A stretch of DNA of 64,000 nt, taken from contig CAVWCE010000026.1 of assembly GCA_963753275.1 (NCBI GenBank), positions 971-64,970 of the forward strand, written 5' to 3'. Shown here piece by piece: positions 51,827 through 62,574 of this stretch (position 1 is the first letter of the stretch; each line of letters opens with the position of its first letter). The notes beneath the pieces are model-generated. The model was not told the DNA's origin, did not search any database, and saw nothing but the letters and a program-made list of their open reading frames with translations. Source of the DNA: an uncultured Alphaproteobacteria bacterium. Lineage in GTDB: Bacteria; Pseudomonadota; Alphaproteobacteria; Geminicoccales; Geminicoccaceae. The translations under genes were made by a program, and so were the position numbers.

Positions 51827-52828
51827 ATGCGGCTGGTGCAGTTCAGCGAGGCGAGCGGCCAGCGCCGGGTCGGCCGGGTCGATGGCGAAGCGGTCGAGAT
51901 CCTGGGCGGGGTCGGCGCCGTCTACGAGCTGGCGCAGAGCGCGCTGCGCAGCGGCCGGGGGCTCGCCGAGCTCGCGGCCGAGGCGCCGAGCGCGGGGAGT
52001 GCTACGCTGGAGGAGCTGCTCGCCGCCGGCCGCCTGCTGCCGCCGCTCGACCATCCGGACCCGGCGCACTGCCTGATCACCGGCACCGGGCTCACCCACA
52101 TCGGCAGCGCCCAGGCGCGCGACGCGATGCACCAGGTCCAGGGCAAGGCCGAGGCCGAGCTCAGCGATTCGATGAAGATGTTCCGGCTCGGCATCGAGGG
52201 CGGCAAGCCGCAGGGCGGCCGGCCCGGGGTCCCGCCCGAGTGGTTCTACAAGGGCGACGGCAGCATCGTCGCGGCGCCGGGCCAGCCGCTCGCGATGCCG
52301 GCGTTCGCGCTCGACGGCGGCGAGGAGGCCGAGATCGCGATGCTCTACCTGGTCGACGACGGCGGCCGGCCGCGCCGGGTCGGCTATGCGCTCGGCAACG
52401 AGTTCTCGGACCACGTGCTGGAGCGCCAGAACTACCTCTACCTCGCCCACTCCAAGCTCAGGCCTTGCGCCTTCGGGCCGGAGCTGCTGCTGGGCGAGCT
52501 GCCGCAGGACGTGCGCGGCACGGTCCGCGTGCTGCGCGGCGAGCGCTGCCTGTTCGAGGCGGAGTGGCTCTCCGGCGAGGCCAACATGAGCCACACGCTC
52601 GCCAACCTCGAGCACCACCACTTCAAGTACCCGCTGTTCCGGCGCCCGGGCGACGTCCACGTCCACTTCATCGGCGCCGCGGTGCTGAGCTTCACCGCCG
52701 GCGTGCGCACCGAGGAGGGCGACGTCTTCGAGATCGCGGCCGAGGCCTTCGGCACGCCCTTGCGCAACCCGCTCGCGCGCGCGGCGGAGGAGGGGGAGGA
52801 GGCAATGCTCCACATCGAGGCACTCTAA
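51827..52828 (+). CDS. Fumarylacetoacetate hydrolase superfamily protein (GguC/AraD1-like)
   Basis: Intact 333 aa. MRLVQFSEASGQRRVGRV..CLITGTGLTHIGSAQARDAMH..PEWFYKGDG. Subfamily assignment is from memory. Confidence 0.65.
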   Translation: MRLVQFSEASGQRRVGRVDGEAVEILGGVGAVYELAQSALRSGRGLAELAAEAPSAGSATLEELLAAGRLLPPLDHPDPAHCLITGTGLTHIGSAQARDAMHQVQGKAEAELSDSMKMFRLGIEGGKPQGGRPGVPPEWFYKGDGSIVAAPGQPLAMPAFALDGGEEAEIAMLYLVDDGGRPRRVGYALGNEFSDHVLERQNYLYLAHSKLRPCAFGPELLLGELPQDVRGTVRVLRGERCLFEAEWLSGEANMSHTLANLEHHHFKYPLFRRPGDVHVHFIGAAVLSFTAGVRTEEGDVFEIAAEAFGTPLRNPLARAAEEGEEAMLHIEAL

Positions 52829-52853
52829 CGGCCTAATACTCGTCCCACAAAGA

Positions 52854-52957
52854 CCTGACCGTCCCCCCACCCCGGCCCTCCCCCGCAAGCAAGGGGGGAG
52901 GGAGACGATGGCGGCCGGCCTAGCAGACCGCCCCCTCCCCCTCGACGGGGGAGGGTT
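52854..52957. repeat. Composite G/C-rich REP-like palindromic element (two hairpin units in inverted orientation)
   Basis: CCCCCACCCCGGCCCTCCCCC-GCAAGCAA-GGGGGGAGGG, and later CCCCCTCCCCCTCGAC-GGGGGAGGGTTGGGGTGGGGG. The outer arms are mutual reverse complements apart from GG/AA. Confidence 0.7.
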
Positions 52958-53139
52958 GGGGTGGGGGTGATGAGGCGCGATGAGACGATCGGAAGATAGT
53001 GTGGCTGCTATAACTCTCATCTCGGCGAGCACTCCGTCTGACTCCGATTGCTACGCCTCGCGGCGGCCGGAGCCAAGCGCTGCCCGCGGGCCAGCCGCCG
53101 ACCGCCGGTCCCGTCCTTTCTGCCCGCCTCGCACCGGCC

Positions 53140-54247
53140 TCAGCCATCGAGCGGCACGTACTTGCCGTCGCGCCAGACGAACCAGGCGAAGGGGGTGATG
53201 CCCTCGACATCGCCCTTCGCGTCGAAGCCGATGCGGCCGAGCACGGTGTCGAACTCGCCGTCGTGCAGCGCCTTGATGACGACTCCGGGATCGAGCGTGC
53301 CGGCGGTCTCGACGGCTTGCGCCCAGGCCTGCACCGCGGCGTAGACGTAGAGCGTGAAGCCTTCGGGGTCGTAGCCGCCCTTGCGGAAGCGCTCGACCAC
53401 CGGTGCCGCGACGGCGGCTGGCTCGCGGGTCGGGTCCGGAGGTGAACATCGTGCCTTCGCCCGCCCGGCCGGTGATGAGCCAGAAGTCCTCCATGCTGAG
53501 GGCGTCGCCGCCGATGACCTTGAAGCTGTGCCCGAGATCGGCCGCGTGGCGGATCAGCAGCGCCGTGTCGGGGCTGTGCGCCGACGAGTAGACCACCTCA
53601 ACCCCCTGTCGTGCGAGCGTGTTCACCAGCGCGCTCCAGTCGGCGGCGGCCGGGTCGACGACGACGAACGCCATCTCCTGGATGCCGAGCTCGTTCAGCC
53701 GCTTCTTCGTCTCGGCTGCGAGCCCGCGGCTGTAGACCCCGGGGGTGAAGACGATCGCGATCCGGTCGGACGCGTGATGTCGGGCGAGGTGCTCGGCGGC
53801 GATGCGGCCTTGCAGGTCGTCCCGCCCGAAGGTCCGGAACACGTTCGGCCAGCCGCTGTCGGTGAGCGCCGGGTTGCTCGCCGACGGCGCGATCATGATC
53901 ACACGGGCCGCCTCGTAAACGGGTGCCGCGGCGATGGCCGCCTCGGAGCAGGTGTGACCGATCACGGCGGCCACCCCCTTGGCGATGAGGCTCCTCGCGA
54001 GCGCCACGGCCTGCGCGGGGTCGCAGAAGTCGTCACCATGGATCAGGTCGATCTGCTGCCCGAGCAGCCCGCCCTTGGCGTTGATGTCCTGAACGGCGAG
54101 TTCGGTGCCACGCTCCCACTGCTCGCCGTACCAGCCGAGCCGGCCCGTCATCGGCGCCGCGGTGGCGATCAGGATCTCGGCCCAGGCAGACGCCGTCGTG
54201 CTGCCGAGAGCAAGGAGCGCGATCAACAGCATCATAGTCCGCCGCAT
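53140..54247 (-). pseudogene. Branched-chain amino acid ABC transporter substrate-binding protein (LivJ/K-like); frame break near 53400-53440
   Basis: ORF 53051-54247 (ILIATAAPMTGRLGWYGEQWERGTELAVQDINAKGGLLGQ..) joins ORF 53140-53400 (..ERFRKGGYDPEGFTLYVYAAVQAWAQAV..WRDGKYVPL). Confidence 0.8.
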
Positions 54248-54302
54248 CGTCTGCCTCCTAAAGGGCGCCTCAGATCTGCAGCCGCCGCCGATACAGGCGG
54301 GC

Positions 54303-55554
54303 TCAGGCGAACATCGGCAGCGGCGCGAAGTCGCCCCCCAGCAGACCGTCGGTGTCGGGATAGCCGAGCCAGCCGCCGGCGACCGTGGCGTAGACGCGGC
54401 GGAAGTCGGTGGTGTGGCGGAGGTTGTCGCCCTCGACCAGGTCGGTCAGGCTCGGCAGCGCGCCGTAGTAGCCGCCCGCGACCGGCTTGCCGATCACGAA
54501 CATCGGGCCCGCGGTGCCGTGGTCGGTGCCGAGGCTGGTGTTCTCCGGCACCCGCCGGCCGAACTCGGAGAACGCCAGCAGCACCACGTCGTCGGCGCGC
54601 CCGATCCGCTCCATGTCGGCCATGAAGGCCGCGATCGCGTCGGCGGCGTAGGTGAGCAGCCGCTGGTGCAGATCGTTCTGGTGGACGTGGGTGTCGAAGG
54701 CGTTGTTGCGGAACGAGGCGTAGTAGAGCCGCGCCGGCAGGTCGGCGGCGATCAGCGCCGCGATCTTGTCGAGATCGAGCGGCACGAGGCCGTAGTCGAT
54801 CGGCGTCCGGTAGCTGGCCCAGGCCTCGCGCACCAGGGCCGACGCGTCGAGCGCGCTCCGCGCGACCTCGAGCAGGTAGCGGCGCGCCGGGTTGTCGACG
54901 CCGTCGGCCGGCGCGACGTGCTCGAAGACCGGCTGCTCCTGGAAGAAACCCGCGCGCTGGAACGTGCTCGGGATCGTCGAACACCACCGGGACGTGCTCG
55001 GCGCTGCGCACCGCGAGCGACTGGGTATCGCCGACGTTGACGACGAAGTTGGGCGTGCCGGCCGGGTCCATCCCGTCCGCGAGGCGGCCGACCCAGCCGT
55101 ACTCGGCGCCGCTGTTGGGCGCTGCGGTCTGCCAGTAGGCCATCGAGGTGAAGTGCGAGAAGGACGGGTTGTCGTAGCCGCAGCCATGCACGACCGCGAG
55201 GTCGCCCGCCCGCCACAGGCGCTCGAACCCGACCATGCCGGGGTTGAGGGCGAAGTGGTCGTCGAGCCTGAGCAGCCCGTCCGGCTTGAGCCCGATCGTC
55301 GGCCGGTGGCGGTAGTAGGCGTCGTCGCCATAGGGCACCAGCGTGTTGAGGCCGTCGTTGCCGCCCGACATCTCGAACACGACGAGGATGCGCCCGTTCG
55401 GCGCGCGCGGCGGCGCGACCGCATGGGCGATCCGCCCGAACACCGAGTGCGCCGGGATGCCGCCCAGGGTGCACAGCGCGGCCGCGCCGCCGAGGCCGGC
55501 GCGCGCGAGCTCGCGCCGGGTGATGCCACGCTCGCGCAGGAACTTACCGTCCAT
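54303..55554 (-). pseudogene. DUF1501 domain protein (sulfatase-like fold) with a Tat leader; frame broken near 54960-54990
   Basis: RRELARAGLGGAAAL leader. ILVVFEMSGGNDGLNTLVPYGDDAYY .. SEFGRRVPENTSLGTDHGTAGPMFVIG. Confidence 0.8.
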
Positions 55555-55592
55555 GGCTCTGTCTCCCGTGCGACCGTGCGGTCGCTCCGCCG

Positions 55593-57464
55593 TCAGCCGA
55601 GCTGATACTCGGGCTGGCTCATGATCAGGTGGACCAGCGCGCGCAGCGGGTCCTCCAGATAGCTCGCGGCGCGCTCGACGTCGGAGGTGCCGAGCTCGCC
55701 GTCGAGGAAGTCGACCAGCATCGCGGCGCTCGGCCGCGCCGATCGGCACGCTCATCAGGCGCGCGAGGAAATGGTCCACCACCTGCTCGCTCGTGGTCAG
55801 CCCGGCGGCGCGCACCATCGCCGCGAGGTCGACCTGGAGCGTCGTGCGCGGGATCGGCTTGACCCTCTCGATCGCCATCTGCCAGCCGCGGTAGGAGCCG
55901 TAGCGGGTGTTGAAGTCCTCGTCGCGGTCGGCGAGCATGTTGGACTCGGCCATCCCGCCGGCCCCCGCGCCCGGCCCCGCGCTCGCCTCCGGCATGGTGG
56001 CGCTGGTGATGTCGTAGCCCTGCCGGATGCGCTCGTGCACGGCAAGGATCGTCGGATCGGGCGCATGGCGGTCGTGGGGCACGAAGTCGATGTCCGGGAA
56101 CAGCACGGCGAGCGCGAAGTTGCCGCGCTCCAACAGCAGCCCGGGCGTGATCCAGCTCCGCCCCTGCGCCCAGCCGGCCACGGTCGGGGGCCAGAACAGC
56201 GCCTGGCCCATCGCCGCGGTCGCCTCGTTGAAGTCCGGGATGCCCGGGATCGCCGTGGCGCCGAGCTTCTTGTAGGTCGACACCACGAGCTCGACCGGGC
56301 CCTTGATGTGGGTCCCGAGCGAGGCCGGGCTGTAGAAGTCCCGCGCCAGGAAGATCGTCCGCAGCAGCGGCTTCAGCTCGTAGCCGGCCTCGCGCAGCAC
56401 CGCGCCGAGCTGCGCCTGAAGCGCGGGCGGCGAGGTCCTCGCGCACCAGCTCGCGGTAGATCTTGCCGGCGATGAACTCGGCGGTCGCCGGCTGGGCGAG
56501 GATGATGTCGATGACGTCGATCCCGTCGAAGCCGGTCGCTCACGCCGAGCACGGTCTTGAGCGCGTCGTCGTGCTGCTCGGCATGGACGACGAAGGTCAG
56601 ATCGTCGGCGTTCCAGCCGGTGAACGCGCGCGCCGCCTCGCGGATGTCGCTCTCGCCGTAGTGGCCCACGCCCATGGTGAACAGCTCCATGATCTCGCGG
56701 GCGAAGTTCTCGTTGGGCGCGCCCTTCACGTTGACCCCGGCATCGAGGAAGTAGAGCATCGCCGGGTCCTGCGCGACCGCGAGCACGAGGTCGCGGAAGT
56801 TGCCGGTGGCGTGGCGCCGCAAGGTCGCGTTCTGGAGCAGCATCTTGCGGACGTCGCGGACCTTGTCCTCGCTGGTCGCGAAGTGGCCGTGCCAGAACAG
56901 GGTCATGCTGCTCTTCGAGCGGGCGCCGCGTGTTGAGCATGCGCTCGGCCCACCAGTAGGCGAGGCGCCGGGTCTCGAGCATGCTCGCGCGCAACCAGTA
57001 GAAGAACTTGTCGACCACCGGCTGGATGCGCCGGTTGCCGGCGGGCTTGACCTTGACGCCCGAGCGCCTCGCCGGTCGCCTTGGCGAGCTCGGTGGTCGC
57101 CGGCCGGCTCGGCGGGAAGTCGACGAGGCCGGGATCGTGGATGTCGGACGGCTCGAACTCGGGCAGGCTGATCGTTGGCGATGGCCTCGTAGTCGACCAG
57201 ATGCGCGACCGCCTCTTGCGGCGTCATCGCCGCGAGCGCCGCGATCTCCTCGGGCGTGCCGCCGAAACCCGCGCGCCCGAGCAGATGCGCCGCGCGGTCG
57301 TAGCTCCAGTCCGCCGCCGCGATCGGCGCGAGATCGCCCTGCCACGCCGCCGGGCCCGGCCCCTTGCTGGGGAGACCGTCGCCAGCGGCTGCCGTTGCCA
57401 GCACCACCAGCCCGAGGCCGACCACGGCGCCACCGACGCATGCCTGGTTCAACCGAGACGGCAT
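55593..57464 (-). pseudogene. DUF1800 domain protein; at least 5 frame breaks
   Basis: MTLFWHGHFATS, DPAMLYFLD, NENFAREIMELFTMGVG, FTGW, and a tail ..LIMSQPEYQLG. The pieces are spread over ORFs 56373-57587 and 54232-57441 and over frames not listed in the track. Confidence 0.75.
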
Positions 57465-57634
57465 GAGCAGCCCCTCCCTGCAGCCTGCGCTACCATCGGT
57501 CGCCGCGCGCGGCGGGTCAACTGCGGGCACAGAGCTTTGGATGCTTCCGCGCTCGCTCCAGCTGGAGCTTGACCTGGTCAGTGGCAACGCCTAGCTAGGA
57601 AGAAAGCCGCTCTGCTTCTTCCTGGACTTCTGTC

Positions 57635-57886
57635 ATGGCGCTCAATATCAAGGATCCTGAGACCGACCAGTTGGTTCGCCGGCTCGCCCGCCTGACGGGG
57701 GAGAACATCACTCATGCCGTCAAAACCGCGGTCCGGGAGCGGATCGAGCGCGAGGAACGGGGGCGGGGCAAGGCGTCGGTCGAGGAGCTGATGGCGATCG
57801 CGCGGCGGATCGCCGGCGCGCCCGATCGGGATCCCCGGACGCCGGACGAGATCATCGGCTATGACGAGCGCGGCCTGCCGCGCTGA
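57635..57886 (+). CDS. vapB: VapB-family antitoxin (PSK/Rv0623-like)
   Basis: MALNIKDPETDQLVRRLARLTGENITHAVKTAVRERIE. Confidence 0.8.
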   Translation: MALNIKDPETDQLVRRLARLTGENITHAVKTAVRERIEREERGRGKASVEELMAIARRIAGAPDRDPRTPDEIIGYDERGLPR

Positions 57887-58276
57887 TGGTCGTCGATTCA
57901 TCCGCGATTCCTGGTCGTGCTATTCGGGGAACCCGAGGCCGACGCATTCTTGCGCCATCTGCGGGCTACGGTCCGACCTCTGCTTTCGGCCGCGAACTGG
58001 CTCGAGCTCGCGATCGTGATCGATGGCCGCAAGGGGCCGCAGTGGCTGCCGGAACTGGACGCCTTCCTGGAGGGCCTCGACGTGATCACCGTTCCGGCAA
58101 GCCTGGGCCAAGTGCGGATCGCGCGTGAGGCCTATCGCCGCTTCGGCAAGGGCAACCATCCGGCCGGGCTCAATTTCGGCGACTGCTTCGCCTACGCGCT
58201 CGCCAAGGAACGCGACCTGCCGCTGCTGTTCAAGGGCGACGACTTCGCCAGGACGGACCTGCGCCCGGCATTGTGA
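57886..58276 (+). pseudogene. vapC: PIN-domain toxin VapC; one extra base near 57910
   Basis: MVVDSSAI / (L)VVLFGEPEADAFLRHL .. LNFGDCFAYALAKERDLPLLFKGDDF. Removing one C restores the frame. Confidence 0.8.
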
Positions 58277-58314
58277 TCAAGCGCTGCCGCGCTCTGCAAC
58301 GTCCGACGTCGTCC

Positions 58315-60043
58315 TCACAGGTCCACGTAGCTCTTCAACTCGACCTTGGCGCCGGGGTGGGTGACCGCGCCCTTCTCGGCCGGGCCGACGGTCTGGGCGT
58401 ATTTCCAGAGCTGCCGGAGGGGTACTGGGTCGGGCGCGACTGCCAGAGGCGGCGGCGCTCCTGGAGCTCCGCGGCCGGCAGCTCGACGTCCATCGTGCCG
58501 GCCTCGGCATCGATCGCGATCACGTCGCCGTCCTGCAAGAGCCCGATCGGGCCGCCGACCGCCGCCTCCGGCCCGACGTGGCCGATGCAGAAGCCGCGCG
58601 TCGCCCCCGAGAAGCGGCCATCGGTGATCAACGCCACCTTGTCGCCCATGCCCTGGCCGTAGATCGCCGAGGTCACCCCCAGCATCTCGCGCATGCCGGG
58701 GCCGCCCTTCGGGCCCTCGTAGCGGATCACGATCACCTCGCCGTCCCGGTAGCGGCGCTCCTGCACCGCGGCCATGGCGTCCTCCTCGGTATCGAAGCAG
58801 CGCGCGGGGCCGCGGAACTTGAGGGTCTTGAGCCCGGCGACCTTGACGATCGCGCCTTCCGGCGCGAGCGAGCCCTTGAGGCCGACGACGCCGCCCCAGG
58901 CGGTGATCGGGTTCGAGGTCGGGCGCACCACCGGCTGGTCGGGATCGAAGCTGACGTCCGCGAGGTTCTCGGCGATCGTCCGGCCGGTCACGGTCAGGCA
59001 GTCGCCGTGCAGGTAGCCGCCATCCAGCAGCGCCTTCATCAGGAGGGGCACGCCGCCGGCGTCGTGCAGGTCGCGCATCACGTACTTACCGGCGGGCTTG
59101 AGGTCGGCGATGTAGGGCGTCCTGCGGAAGATCGCGCAGACGTCGTGGAGGTCGAACTCGATCCCGGCCTCGTGCGCGATCGCCGGCAGATGCAGGCCGC
59201 CGTTGGTCGAGCCGCCCGAGGCCGCGACCACCACCGCGGCGTTCTCGAGCGCCTCGCGGGTGACGATGTCGCGCGCGCGGATGCCCTGCTCGAGCAGGCG
59301 CATCACCGCCTCGCCCGAGGCCAGGGCCCACTGGTCGCGGGTCTCGTAGGGCGCCGGCGTGCCGGCCGAGCCGGGCAGTGCCAGGCCGATCGCCTCGGAG
59401 ACGCAGGCCATGGTGTTGGCGGTGAACTGGCCGCCGCAGGCCCCGGCCGACGGGCAGGCGACCTCCTCGAGCGCCTGCAGCTCGTCGTCGGAGATCGCGC
59501 CGACCGCATGCTGGCCGACCGCCTCGAACACGTCCTGCACGGTCACGTCCTTGCCGCGATAGCGCCCGGGCAGGATGCTGCCGCCGTACATGAAGACCGA
59601 GGGCACGTTGAGGCGCACCATCGCCATCATCAGGCCGGGCAGCGACTTGTCGCAGCCGGCGAGGCCGACCAGGGCGTCGTAGGCGTGGCCGCGCATCGGT
59701 GAGCTCGGTCGAATTCGGCGATCACCTCGCGCGACACGAGCGAGCTCTTCATCCCCTGATGGCCCATCGCGATGCCGTCGGTCACGGTGATCGTGGTGAA
59801 CTCGCGCGGCGTGCCGCCGGCCTTGGCGACGCCGCGCTTGACCGCCTGCGCCTGGCGGCCGAGCGCGATGTTGCAGGGCGCGGCCTCGTTCCAGGTCGTG
59901 ACCACGCCGACGAACGGCCGCTCGATGTCGCCGCGGGTCAGGCCCATGGCGAAGTAGTAGGAGCGGTTGGGCGCCCGATCGGCCCCGACCGTCGCGTGCC
60001 GGCTCGGCAGCCTGGACTTGTCGAAGACCGTGTGCCTGGCCAT
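58315..60043 (-). pseudogene. ilvD: Dihydroxy-acid dehydratase; at least 3 frame breaks
   Basis: [65 protein letters not shown], and tail [22 protein letters not shown]. Two extra bases about 16 nt apart at about 59697 and 59713. Confidence 0.9.
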
Positions 60044-60193
60044 GCCCGGTGCTCCCCCTGCGTTCCGAAGTTGCGCGCTTGGCGCCACCTATAGCCGCGG
60101 CGCGTGGCGACTGGCTAGCGGGCGTGGATCGGCGTTGAACTGCGCGTCCGCCGGGGGCACACTCGGCTCCCTTTCGCCGGAGGGCTGCCGTCC

Positions 60194-60959
60194 ATGCGCA
60201 GAGAGCTCGCGTCGGGAGAGATCCTGTTCCGGCAGGGGGAATCCGAGCGACTGGGTGGTGCTGGTCCGCTCGGGCCGGGTCGAGGTGCTGCGCGAGACCG
60301 GCGGGGACGCGATCCTGCTCGGCACGGCGCGCGCGGGCGAGTTCATCGGCGAGATGGGCGTGCTCGAGGCGCGGCCGCGCAGCGCCACCGTGCGCGCCGC
60401 GACCGACCTCGAGGTCGAGCTGATCGAGCGCACGGCGTTCCTCGAGCGGGTCAGCCGCGATCCGGCGCTCGCGCACAAGCTGCTGACCCGGATGAGCCGC
60501 CGGCTGCGCCACGTCGAGGACCTCCTGGCGCGGCTCCACGCCCGCAGCCACGACCAGCTGCGCCGCCCGGCGCTCGCCGGCGCGCGGCCGGCGCTCGAGC
60601 TGCGCGCCGCCACCTACGCGGCCAAGTTCTACGTCGGTCTGGAGCCGATCGCGATCGAGCACCTGCCGTTCACGGTCGGGCGCGCAGCGGGACCCGACGA
60701 GGTGGTGGCGGGCGGCGCGGCCGACCTCGCGATCGCCGAGCCCGAGCCCTATCGGCTCTCGCGGCTGCACTTCGCCCTGCTGGCGGAGGGCGACGGGATC
60801 TGGCTGCGCGACCTCGGCAGCGAGCTCGGCACGATCGTCAACGGCACGCCGCTCGGGCGCGACTTCCCGCACGACGGCGTGGCCCTGCACGCCGGCGCCA
60901 ACGCGGTGGTCGCCGGCGGCAAGGGCTCGCCGTTCGAGTTCAGCGTGGTCCTGAGCTGA
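60194..60959 (+). pseudogene. Cyclic-nucleotide-binding domain fused to an FHA domain; one extra base near 60242
   Basis: GEILFRQGE / (P)[34 protein letters not shown] (cNMP-binding pattern). [30 protein letters not shown] (FHA pattern). Confidence 0.75.
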
Positions 60960-60971
60960 AGGATGGCGGGG

Positions 60972-61239
60972 TCACGCCACCGGCTGATAGAGCACCCACT
61001 GCTCGGCGCACAGGTCGAACAGGATCTGCCAGCTGCGGCTTTGCCGGCGCGCGCGCCGATCGGGGGCGCAGCGCTTGGCGGCCATCAGGCGCCTGGCGAT
61101 CCGGGCGTCCCGCCGCGCCTTGAGGCGCTCGATCGCGTCGAGGTCGTGGGCCAGACCGCTGCGCCGGAGCAACAGGGCGAGGTCGTCCCAATTGTGCTCG
61201 ATCAGCGCGCCACCACTGGGCCGAGGTCTGGATCGTCAT
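60972..61239 (-). pseudogene. Small hypothetical protein; probable frame break
   Basis: MTIQTSAQ.. (ORF 60940-61428) appears to continue in ORF 60972-61172 (..LLRRSGLAHDLDAIERLKARRDARIARRL..). No family recognised. Confidence 0.3.
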
Positions 61240-61457
61240 CGCCTGGGCTCCGTCAGCCGTCCCGGCGTATCGCCGTCGTGAGGCTTCGCTTCGGGATAGG
61301 AACGGCCCAGAGCGGCGGCCGGTTTCCGCGCTGCGGCAAGATGACCGGAGGCAGATCCGCCCGCTCGCCGTCCGGCGAGTCGTGCAGCTCGGTCTCGATG
61401 CAACCTGGACGCGGTATTCATCCGCCATTCACTTGGCCCGGGATAGAAGTCCCGGTG

Positions 61458-61820
61458 ATGCGCCCGCTTCGTCTCGCCCTGACCGCCGTCATGCTCGCCG
61501 CGATGATCGTCCCGACCGTCCTGCCCACCTCCGGCGGCGCCGCGGTCGGGTCGGTCGTCGCGCGGCTGAGCGCGCCCGGGACGGATCGGGCGGCCGGCAG
61601 CGCGGTCCCGGCCAACAGCGCCCTCCGGATCGCCGACCGGCAGCCGCTCGACGCGGTTCTGCGCTCGATCCGTGAGCGCTTTCCCGGCCGTGCGCTCGAG
61701 GCGCGCCAGATCGAGCGCGACGGACGCGCGGTCTATCGGATCAAGTGGCTGGGGGACGACGGCAAGGTGCGCGACATCCTCGCCGATGCCGCGACCGGCG
61801 CGATCGTACGCGTGCGCTGA
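61458..61820 (+). CDS. PepSY domain-containing secreted protein
   Basis: Signal peptide MRPLRLALTAVMLAAMIV, and ..AVLRSIRERFPGRALEARQIERDGRAVYRIKWLGDDGKVRDILADAATG. Confidence 0.75.
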   Translation: MRPLRLALTAVMLAAMIVPTVLPTSGGAAVGSVVARLSAPGTDRAAGSAVPANSALRIADRQPLDAVLRSIRERFPGRALEARQIERDGRAVYRIKWLGDDGKVRDILADAATGAIVRVR

Positions 61821-61878
61821 GGCCGCCGCTGCCGCCGCCGGTCCGCGCCGGAGGCCCCCCGCTGGTGCGGGACGCGCG

Positions 61879-62085
61879 CTAGCTGCGGCGGGAGTTCAAC
61901 CGCCAGGGCAGCCGCAGCTCGGCCGTCTGCCCGTCCATGTTCCAGGGATCGCTCGCGGCGTTGGCCGCGGCGCTCTCGGTCTCTGGACCCAGGCGGCGTC
62001 GGCGCGGGTCCTTGGTCACGATGTACTCCACCTCGGCGGTTCTCTGGCCGCGGCGGATCCGCTCCACTCTGACTTTCACGCTCAC
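61879..62085 (-). CDS. Small hypothetical protein
   Basis: GTG start and mostly G/C third positions (VKVRVERIRRGQRTAEVEYIVTKDP..). No family recognised. Confidence 0.3.
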   Translation of the reverse strand: MSVKVRVERIRRGQRTAEVEYIVTKDPRRRRLGPETESAAANAASDPWNMDGQTAELRLPWRLNSRRS

Positions 62086-62574
62086 CCCCTGCGTCGCTTG
62101 GGTGGGGCCAGTATAGCGACTACGGCGCTAATTCCAAGACGGACTTTCACGCGCCGGTAGACAATGCGATCGCCGCCGCGCGGCGGGTGCGGCCGGACGT
62201 TCGCCGAAGTTTCGGACGTGAGCGGCGCCCGGGAGCCCGCCGACCCGCGACGAAAGATGCTGGAGCATGGCCTGGTCCTCGGTCCGCTCAAGGGGCGCGC
62301 ACCGCCAGCTCACAACCGCTGATCGGCACAGCCGACGCGCCTCCTCACCGAAAAAATAGCGCAGCCGATGCCCGGCACAAGTGAGCCAGTCCACAAAACG
62401 CGCAACATCGGCCAAGAGTTCCGGCTCGCCCCGCCTGGTTCACAGAAGGTTAAGCTCGATCGTGCTTGGCTCCACGGCGCGGGGTGGCGAGAATGCCCCC
62501 AGGTTCCGCCCGCTGCGGCGCGCCGGAAGCGCCGTGGTCGCGGCTCCGATGAACGAGCTCTTGCGGGGGACGGG

